A stretch of DNA of 64,000 nt from an uncultured Clostridia bacterium (GTDB taxonomy: Bacteria; Bacillota; Clostridia; TANB77; CAG-508): contig CAKPMJ010000002.1 of NCBI GenBank assembly GCA_934167965.1, positions 90,907-154,906 of the forward strand, in the 5' to 3' direction. The stretch's first letter is position 1. The number at the start of each line of letters is the position of its first letter. A model generated the notes under the pieces. The model worked only from the letters and a program-made list of their open reading frames with translations, ran no database searches and was not told the DNA's origin. Below are positions 57,180-64,000 of this stretch, piece by piece. Both the position numbers and the translations under genes were made by a program.

Positions 57180-57208
57180 TTGTCAAAAATGAACGTCCCC
57201 ATTGACAA
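57180..57208. repeat. 29-nt palindromic motif, copy B (TTGTCAAAAATGAACGTCCCCATTGACAA), 30 nt upstream of the target-2 start codon
   Basis: 27/29 identical to copy A. Confidence 0.7.
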
Positions 57209-57324
57209 CTTTAATGCACCATAAAAAGACAATATAAACTTATCCAGTATCATAATACTTACCAGATAAGCCAATATTGCCTTTTTCACTATATATCTTA
57301 TTATTTATTTTTACTAAACTAATT

Positions 57325-57344
57325 GTGTGTGTGTGTGTGTGTGT
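57325..57344. repeat. (GT)10 dinucleotide microsatellite
   Basis: Read directly: GTGTGTGTGTGTGTGTGTGT, ~175 nt upstream of DGR target 2, between divergent genes. Confidence 0.9.
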
Positions 57345-57645
57345 ACAGCCTCAACGGTTCTAGCTTTTTTCATCTTTTACACCAACTTTCTACTTTATTC
57401 TTTTTATATTTTACTAAAACATCATTTTCTTGTAAATACTTTTTGCCAATTTATTTAAAAATTTGTATAATTTATAGTACACTAAAATTATAACTAACAT
57501 TAATTAATAAAATTCTGCAAAAATGTTTCAAAATTTTTCCAATAAATACATCTATAAATTATTGCAATTTCAATGATTTTGTAATATAATAGTTCTATAT
57601 AAATTTCATAAAATCATTATAAATTTTTTAGGAGGATGAAATTAT

Positions 57646-57987
57646 ATGTGTTGTCACAACAAACATTCAATTACAATTTTAAAAACACCATATGGTTATC
57701 TGACTAATACTGGCTTTACAGAAAATATCAATTCCCGGGATATTGTTGCTGTTTGGAGTAACAATTTAAAAGGCAAAAATAAAAAAAGACAGCTAAGATA
57801 TTTTTTTAAGCACTGTTTTCTTTCATCAAAAATAAAACAAGTATTAGAACAGGCTTGCCTTGATGAATGCATTATATGGGCGTTCGAATGTCCATATGCC
57901 AATTCCTGTTACTCTTGTTACAATTCTAAATATTGTAACTTCTGGAATGGCAATCGTGACAAACTTGAATTTACAAAATTAAATTAA
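57646..57987 (+). CDS. Small Cys-rich hypothetical protein (113 aa, 12 Cys)
   Basis: RBS AGGAGG 8 nt upstream; terminator directly downstream. Confidence 0.55.
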   Translation: MCCHNKHSITILKTPYGYLTNTGFTENINSRDIVAVWSNNLKGKNKKRQLRYFFKHCFLSSKIKQVLEQACLDECIIWAFECPYANSCYSCYNSKYCNFWNGNRDKLEFTKLN

Positions 57988-57997
57988 TTTTGTAAAT

Positions 57998-58031
57998 AAA
58001 GCTCATGTATAAAACATGAGCTTTATTTTTA
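57998..58031. terminator. Bidirectional intrinsic terminator (AAAGCTCATGT-ATAAA-ACATGAGCTTT plus T-run) between the Cys-rich gene and sigK
   Basis: Read from the sequence. Confidence 0.75.
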
Positions 58032-58730
58032 TTCTTCCATTTCTTCAGATAACTTGCTTATTGCTTTGCTTTCTATCCTTGATACATATGAACGAGAAAT
58101 TCCCATTGATTCAGCAATCTCATTTTGTGTTTTAGGTTTACTTCCGTTTAACCCAAACCTTAATTCTATAATAGTTTTCTCTCTATCCTTTAACACTTCC
58201 TTCATTTTTGCATATAATTTTTTAATTTTTAACTTTAAATCAACAACATCTTCTACACTTCTTTGATCATTTTCTAACACCTCTTCTAATGTAACCACAT
58301 TATCATCCTTATCTTTACCTACTGTATCATTTAAATAAACTTCTGCATTTAGTTTTTTTATAGATCTTAAATACATTAAAATCTCATTATCTATGCAACG
58401 TGAAACATATGTTGACAATCTTGCTCCTTTCTCAACGTTAAAACTATTAATTCCTTTTATTAATCCTATTGTACCTATTGATAATAAATCATCTTGATCA
58501 ACATTTGTATTAGCATATTTTTTACATACATGTGCAACTAGTCTTAAATTTTTTTCTATAAGTAAATTTCTTGCCTCCTCATCTCCTTGTGACATTTTTA
58601 TTAATGCGTTTTTTTCTTCTTCTGCAGATAATGGCTCTGGAAAGACTGTTGTTCCAGAAATATATCCTACTGCAAATATAGCAGTTTTTAAAAAGCTGAA
58701 AAACCCTGATAGACAAAGGCTAGATAACAT
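58029..58730 (-). CDS. sigK: Sporulation sigma factor SigK (pro-sigma-K with ~20-aa pro-sequence). The gene is intact, with no intervening element.
   Basis: Closest to sigma-K: YISGTTVFPEPLS (processing-site region), LRLVAHVCKKY, GTIGLIKGINSF, GISRSYVSRIESKA. RBS GGAGG precedes ATG 58730; the upstream in-frame Met at 58760 is unlikely. Confidence 0.8.
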   Translation of the reverse strand: MLSSLCLSGFFSFLKTAIFAVGYISGTTVFPEPLSAEEEKNALIKMSQGDEEARNLLIEKNLRLVAHVCKKYANTNVDQDDLLSIGTIGLIKGINSFNVEKGARLSTYVSRCIDNEILMYLRSIKKLNAEVYLNDTVGKDKDDNVVTLEEVLENDQRSVEDVVDLKLKIKKLYAKMKEVLKDREKTIIELRFGLNGSKPKTQNEIAESMGISRSYVSRIESKAISKLSEEMEE

Positions 58731-58875
58731 AAATGCACCTCCATTTTTTCTATAACACATTATATGCTTTAGAAAAATAAAAGTGCCTGACCATAAAAAA
58801 CTTTATTTTTTTCATATTCCCTTGAAATTATATCATAATCATGATATAATTTTCATACATTAAATAAAAGGAGGA

Positions 58876-59235
58876 ATGACTATGGCAGTTATAAGACCAT
58901 GCGCAGATTTAAGAAATAAATATAATGAAATCTCTAAAATTTGCCACCAAACTCAAAAACCTATATATATTACTAAAAACGGTACAAATGATCTGGTAGT
59001 TTTAAGTGATGAGGCTTATGAGGAAATCGTAAAATCAACACAAGAAAAAGTTGAAGAAAAAATTAAAAAACTTATTTCTAAACAATTTGATAAACATTAT
59101 AATGATTTTGAGCAATTTAAAAAAGACATTTTCAGGAAAATTGAACAATCCATTAAAGAAATAGAAAATGGTAATTGTATACCTATGGAAAACATCGTTG
59201 CAGAAATGGAGGAAATCTATGACTCCACTAAATAA
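58876..59235 (+). CDS. Phd/YefM-family type II antitoxin (with a longer C-terminal helical extension)
   Basis: N-terminus RNKYNEISKICHQTQKPIYITKNGTNDLVVLSDEAYEEI matches the Phd/YefM fold. Confidence 0.7.
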   Translation: MTMAVIRPCADLRNKYNEISKICHQTQKPIYITKNGTNDLVVLSDEAYEEIVKSTQEKVEEKIKKLISKQFDKHYNDFEQFKKDIFRKIEQSIKEIENGNCIPMENIVAEMEEIYDSTK

Positions 59236-59515
59236 ATACCAAATCTCTTGGTCTCCTCAAGCTTATAAAGATCTTAAGGAAATATATAATTATATTTCGA
59301 ATACTTTAAAAGAAAAAAACATAGCCAAAAAAATTACTAGTAAACTTTTAAAATCAATATTAAACTTGAGTTATCTACCAGAAAGATATCCAAAAATTTC
59401 AAATTTTAATGATAATAGCAAGAACATTCGAAAAATGCTGGTAGATAACTACATAATTATTTATGAAATTCATAATTTTACTCGGAAAAGTATTTATATT
59501 AAATATATTTCATAG
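59219..59515 (+). CDS. RelE/ParE-family type II toxin
   Basis: Start ATG 59219 with RBS GGAGG; overlaps the antitoxin by 17 nt; YQISWSPQAYKDLKEI...IRKMLVDNYIIIYEI pattern. Confidence 0.65.
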   Translation: MTPLNKYQISWSPQAYKDLKEIYNYISNTLKEKNIAKKITSKLLKSILNLSYLPERYPKISNFNDNSKNIRKMLVDNYIIIYEIHNFTRKSIYIKYIS

Positions 59516-59601
59516 TTTACAGGATTATTTTTCTAAATTATAATCAAAATCTTTAAATTTTTATAATCAATTTAGTTTAATTTTTATATTATATTCTTAT
59601 A

Positions 59602-59640
59602 AAATATTTTGCTAAAAAAATTCAGCAAAGTTCTAAACTT
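59602..59640. terminator. Intrinsic terminator hairpin after the TA operon, facing the convergent large gene
   Basis: ATTCAGCAAAGT-N-ACTTTACTGAAT plus a T-run. Confidence 0.5.
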
Positions 59641-59655
59641 TACTGAATTTTTATT

Positions 59656-62600
59656 TTATTTACTTATTTTCAAATCCAAAGAATTCGAAATATGATATTT
59701 TCCATCAACATTACTTACAATGTTTTCAAATTTATATTTGCCCTCATAAGCAACTATTAAAGGTATATATAACTTCTTACATTTTTTGGTCTTATACATT
59801 GTAATATAATCTATTCTGTTATTTACTAAATAATATTTATTATAATCATATTTGCCTTCTGCTAATCTTAAAGAATTTGGAAGTGCAATTCTTAATACTC
59901 CTTCAAAAGTACTATTGCATGTAACTTCAAGTGTAACGTTATTTCCTTTTTTCAAAGTTCCATTTAATTTTATTTTCATATCTTTTGATATGTTTTTGTT
60001 CTCAATATTATCTAAAGATGTTTGGTAATAATATGAAACCATTAAATCATTGCTTTCTGTCTCAAATTTTATTGTATCTAAATCTTCATTATTTATTGTA
60101 TAGGTTTTTACTTCCATTCCATTTACTGTAAGTGTCTCATTTAAGTTTTTGCTTACTATTTTTACATCTTCATTTTTGCTAATATCTTCTGAATTATTTT
60201 CAAAGAATGATAGTATAGCAAACCTTAAATACTCATCAGATGGATTTTTCTTTATTAATTCATTTATTTTCTTGGCTGCATCTTTTTTGTTTATAAATGT
60301 ATCAATTATAGCAATTATAGACTTGTATTCTTTCTTTTCCTTATCTGTTAATTTTATCTGCTTATACAATTCTTTTGCATTTTGGAAGTCACCTGTAAAT
60401 TCTAATGACAATGTTACTAACAATTTATCATAATTAGAGATGTCTTTTTCATCTTTTAAGTATAATAAATCTAATAATACTGATTCTTTATTTGCTGCTG
60501 CTAACAGATAATATTCAAATATATTTGCATCTTTTGAAAGTTGCTCTTTCTCTGTTAGTTTATCTCTGTTGAAGTAATCTATTGCATAATATGATGTTAA
60601 TGCTGAAAGCACTATATCTTCTTTTCCGTTCTCTAGGTTTTTTAAGTAATTATCTCCTTGATATTTTTCTATATCTATATAATTTATAGTATTTTTCTCA
60701 TTATAGTATTTATTTTTTATTTCTTGTACTTTGTTATATGCAATTTTAGTATCTAATCTATCTGTATTTGTTGATTCTATAAATTCAATATATTTTAAAT
60801 ATTGTTCCATATTTTTATTATAAACTTCTAATACTATTGGATTCTTAGATGGTTTTATCTCTGCATTGTTGTTTATACTTAATGTTTTTTTATCTTTTAC
60901 TTCTTGTGTAGATTCTACTACATTAAATTTATATTCTACTCCATCATTTAAATTATCATGTTTTCCTTTTATTGTTACAGTATATGTTCCATACTTTAAT
61001 TTTCCAAAATTTACTGTTGCTATTGAATTTGTATTTGCTGTTGTTTTTAATGTTTTATTTAATTCTTTTATTGTAAATTCATAATCAACTTTGTAATTTT
61101 GTTCTGCAACTGATGTAGCATTTAATACAACATCATCTGTAGTCTTTATGTTTCTTGGCTCTGTAAATTGTACAAAGAAATCCAGTTTAGAAACAATATC
61201 TTTTTTTCCTACTCCAACATATAGGTCTTTGTTTGCACTATGTGCTGTCACTGTATATGTTGTTACATTATCTGGAAGAGTAAATGTTACAGTTGCTATT
61301 CCTTTTGCATCTGTATTTACTGTCTCAAAACATGCCGTATCACCAAATTTTCCTCTTAATTGCCCGTCTCCGCCTCCGGCGCCTCCCATTGTTCCTTGTA
61401 AGTAATCATTATAGGTTGAATAATTATATACTGGATATAATCTATCTTCATATATTCTTTCCAATATATTTGTTTCATCTTCTCTTAATTCAAATATTGC
61501 CTTATTTACAACACTAACATTTACAGTTGTTTTTATTGGTTTATTTTTATTTGTTGTTTTTACAGTTAATGTTACTTTATCACCTGGTTTATATTGTTCC
61601 TTATCTGCTGTTATTTCTATATCTACTTTTCTATCTTCCTCTTTAAAGTCAAAATAATATACTGGCATTCTATAAAATTTTCCATTTACAAAATATGCTG
61701 ATGTCATTTTACATCCAGGAAAATCTTTATCTGTGAATGTATGTTTTATATCATTATTTGTGATTATACCTGTTGTAGTTATATCTTCTTTTAATACTAT
61801 TTTTAGTAATTTTCCATCATTGTTTATGTCTTTTATTCCATTCTCTGTACTTTCTGCTAAAGTGAAGTTTGCAGTATCTCCTATTGAAAATTTATAAGTT
61901 TCATTTTTTAAGAAATATCTATATATGTAATATGCTTCAGTATTTATTGCTTCTGAAAAATATCCGTCCCATATTATATCACTAAAATAGCTATATCCAA
62001 GAGTTCTATTTTCATGTTCTTGACCTATATAAATATATTCTATTTCCTCAATTTTTCTTCCTTGTCTGTCTTTATATTCAAATTCTATTTGATAATTATA
62101 TGTTATATCTTCTGTATCTTTTTTGTACTGTACTTTAGTTGTATCAAACTCTGCTGTTCCATTATTTGTTTTTAATTCTTCACTGTAAAGTGTTTTACTG
62201 TCTTTATCTTCATATTCATAAACTGGCTCTTTTTCTTTTGTATATTCATTGTATCTATACTCTGCAATCTTCCTTTCTCTTGTTTCTTCTACAATTTTTA
62301 TTTTTATATTTGTATCGTATTTTCCATCATATAATTTAGTTCTATCTTCTCCTGTCATTACATCCTTATCTTTTATTAATTTATTTAATGTAATTTTGCA
62401 CTTCTTATCTTTTGTTTCAGTTTGTGTATCAACATCTCTTGATAATGCACAAATAGTAAAATAATCTTCACTCTCTGTATCTACATATTCTTCAACATCT
62501 CCATTATATACAGCAACACTTTGATATGCTAAATATCTATCATATTTCTCTTTTTTTACTTTAAAGCTAAAATGAGCTATACCATTTTTGTTTGTTGTTG

Positions 62601-64000
62601 CTCTGTATTTTTTTCCTTCATAATCTACTACTACTGATTTATTTGGTACCATCAATCCTGTTATATGTGATACTTTTACATCAAACTCGAATTTATCACC
62701 CACATATGCATAATCTTTATTCATCATAATTTCATAAGTGTAATTTTTTAATTCATAGTTTTGTATAGTAAGTTGTCTATTTGCTATTGATGTATTTTTA
62801 TAATATAAAGATATGTGGCTGTAATCTTCTTCTGTATCCATATGGTTTTTAAGTTCTATTTTATAAGTAAATACTCCATTTTCATCTACTGTTACTTTCT
62901 GTTTACCCTCTTTATTTAGTTCAACATAGAATTCATCTTCTATTTTATCATAGAATAATTGCCTTGGTATAAATCCCCATACATTTATTGTATCTGTGTT
63001 TTTATAAAGAGGTCTATCTGTATAAATGTAAGCACTTGGATAATTTGATAATTCATAATTATATAATCCAACTACCAATTTTTGATCTTCATTTCCTATT
63101 TTTAAATATTTTATATTTTCAGATCCATCTAAAATATCATCAAATTTTGCAATACCATCATTATCTGTCTTTTCTTCTTTATCTAAATAATTTACTTTTA
63201 TATTTTTAGCTAAATTATCTCCTTCAGCTACCCATGCAAGAACATCTCTTTCTGTTTCTATTGCATAAGCTGATAATTTATTTATTTGTATAGGACAATT
63301 AAATATCTCTTTTCCTTTTGATGTTTTTACTATTGCTACATAATATCCTGTTTGTAAAGTCTTGTTTAGTTGTAAATAGTTTTTGCTAAATGATATTTTA
63401 TAATCTCCTAAACTTTTAGACTTACTAAAATCTTTTGTCTCTATGTATTCTATAAACTCATCAGCTGTATTAAATTGTTTTACTTCAACTTTAGACATTT
63501 TTATATCACTATTTACATATTCATTATATTCATAATAAATCTTTACTTCTTCATTTGGTTTATATGTGCTTACTCCATCCATTGAAACTGATCTATATTC
63601 ATACTTATCTGAAATATTATTTTCTTCATCTATTATAAAATTAAATATATAATCATTTTCTAAAGTTTCATCTCCGGCTTTTATTCCTTTGTTTATTTTA
63701 ACTACATATTTCTGACCTTTTGTTAGTTTCTTTTTAGGTGTAAATCTCCATATTTTACCTAAATGTTCCCACTTTCCATCAACTTTTGGTGATATACTAA
63801 CATTTTTCTTAATACTCTCTATATCTGCATAAGAAAATTTTAATTCTATTGTAGTATTTGGAGTTACTGTTTCTGCTCCATTATCTGGATAAGTGCTTAC
63901 AACACTCAATTTATTTGATGTTTGATAAGCCCAACTATCCTGTGTTATTTGGTCTTTTACATATTGTAATTTTACTATAGTATTATCTGGAATATTTTGT
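59656..64000 (-). CDS. Very large secreted alpha-2-macroglobulin-like protein (MG/Ig-like domain repeats; no CxEQ thioester motif seen). Probably 5'-partial: the frame is open to the window edge.
   Basis: >1417 aa. Big_5/SbsA-like Ig segment near the N-terminus (SVVSTYPDNGAETVTPNTTIELKFS). MG-domain-like LPDNVTTYTVTAHS (LPDxxTtWrv pattern). Confidence 0.5.
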   Translation of the reverse strand, partial: QNIPDNTIVKLQYVKDQITQDSWAYQTSNKLSVVSTYPDNGAETVTPNTTIELKFSYADIESIKKNVSISPKVDGKWEHLGKIWRFTPKKKLTKGQKYVVKINKGIKAGDETLENDYIFNFIIDEENNISDKYEYRSVSMDGVSTYKPNEEVKIYYEYNEYVNSDIKMSKVEVKQFNTADEFIEYIETKDFSKSKSLGDYKISFSKNYLQLNKTLQTGYYVAIVKTSKGKEIFNCPIQINKLSAYAIETERDVLAWVAEGDNLAKNIKVNYLDKEEKTDNDGIAKFDDILDGSENIKYLKIGNEDQKLVVGLYNYELSNYPSAYIYTDRPLYKNTDTINVWGFIPRQLFYDKIEDEFYVELNKEGKQKVTVDENGVFTYKIELKNHMDTEEDYSHISLYYKNTSIANRQLTIQNYELKNYTYEIMMNKDYAYVGDKFEFDVKVSHITGLMVPNKSVVVDYEGKKYRATTNKNGIAHFSFKVKKEKYDRYLAYQSVAVYNGDVEEYVDTESEDYFTICALSRDVDTQTETKDKKCKITLNKLIKDKDVMTGEDRTKLYDGKYDTNIKIKIVEETRERKIAEYRYNEYTKEKEPVYEYEDKDSKTLYSEELKTNNGTAEFDTTKVQYKKDTEDITYNYQIEFEYKDRQGRKIEEIEYIYIGQEHENRTLGYSYFSDIIWDGYFSEAINTEAYYIYRYFLKNETYKFSIGDTANFTLAESTENGIKDINNDGKLLKIVLKEDITTTGIITNNDIKHTFTDKDFPGCKMTSAYFVNGKFYRMPVYYFDFKEEDRKVDIEITADKEQYKPGDKVTLTVKTTNKNKPIKTTVNVSVVNKAIFELREDETNILERIYEDRLYPVYNYSTYNDYLQGTMGGAGGGDGQLRGKFGDTACFETVNTDAKGIATVTFTLPDNVTTYTVTAHSANKDLYVGVGKKDIVSKLDFFVQFTEPRNIKTTDDVVLNATSVAEQNYKVDYEFTIKELNKTLKTTANTNSIATVNFGKLKYGTYTVTIKGKHDNLNDGVEYKFNVVESTQEVKDKKTLSINNNAEIKPSKNPIVLEVYNKNMEQYLKYIEFIESTNTDRLDTKIAYNKVQEIKNKYYNEKNTINYIDIEKYQGDNYLKNLENGKEDIVLSALTSYYAIDYFNRDKLTEKEQLSKDANIFEYYLLAAANKESVLLDLLYLKDEKDISNYDKLLVTLSLEFTGDFQNAKELYKQIKLTDKEKKEYKSIIAIIDTFINKKDAAKKINELIKKNPSDEYLRFAILSFFENNSEDISKNEDVKIVSKNLNETLTVNGMEVKTYTINNEDLDTIKFETESNDLMVSYYYQTSLDNIENKNISKDMKIKLNGTLKKGNNVTLEVTCNSTFEGVLRIALPNSLRLAEGKYDYNKYYLVNNRIDYITMYKTKKCKKLYIPLIVAYEGKYKFENIVSNVDGKYHISNSLDLKISK

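Noticed and set aside
58029-58760. sigK interrupted by a skin-like element
   Set aside because: The sigma-K reading frame is continuous from the pro-sequence to region 4; no intervening element is present in this genome.
59656-63909. Thioester (CxEQ) site in the alpha-2-macroglobulin-like protein
   Set aside because: No CxEQ motif found in the translated ORF. Treated as a thioester-less MG-domain protein; the gene also appears to continue beyond the window.
1-64000. CRISPR arrays and cas genes
   Set aside because: No regularly spaced direct repeats of 25-40 nt were seen. The only repeated short element is the 29-nt palindromic motif, at irregular multi-kb spacing.

Overview
This is a low-GC (~26-28% GC) Firmicute chromosomal window, apparently a spore-forming Clostridia-type organism. 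The first ~24 kb is a conserved core: ComEC, an NlpC/P60 hydrolase, spo0A, clpX-clpP-tig, rpmB, nth, asnS, ftsZ-ftsA-sbp-DUF881x2-divIB, spoIID, the spoIIAA-spoIIAB-sigF operon, a YunB-like protein, a SipL/SpoVID-like LysM protein and rpmE. A rex-hfsABCD-adhE redox cluster lies at 31.4-39.2 kb, and sigK plus a Phd/RelE toxin-antitoxin pair near 58-59.5 kb. The headline feature is a diversity-generating retroelement (DGR) at 24.7-27.6 kb. It has a reverse transcriptase with the DGR-specific IGxxxSQ motif, an Avd-like four-helix-bundle gene, and a target gene whose C-terminal domain is FGE-sulfatase/C-type-lectin-like (CLec) and whose N-terminus is pilin-like. A second, paralogous target gene sits ~30 kb away at 55.9-57.1 kb. 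The two targets have identical 3' flanks, and their 3' ends differ at 32 of 98 positions in a DGR-like pattern. I could not find the template repeat (TR) anywhere in the window. Other points: a 29-nt palindromic motif in 3-4 copies (one as a perfect 67-nt palindrome) confined to the accessory stretch at 45.6-57.2 kb near a tRNA-Met; a (GT)10 microsatellite upstream of the second DGR target; an epsilon/zeta-like toxin pair between nth and asnS; a DnaB-like helicase translationally coupled to an acyl-CoA synthetase; and apparent frameshifts in ComEC and the hfsC-like phosphatase.
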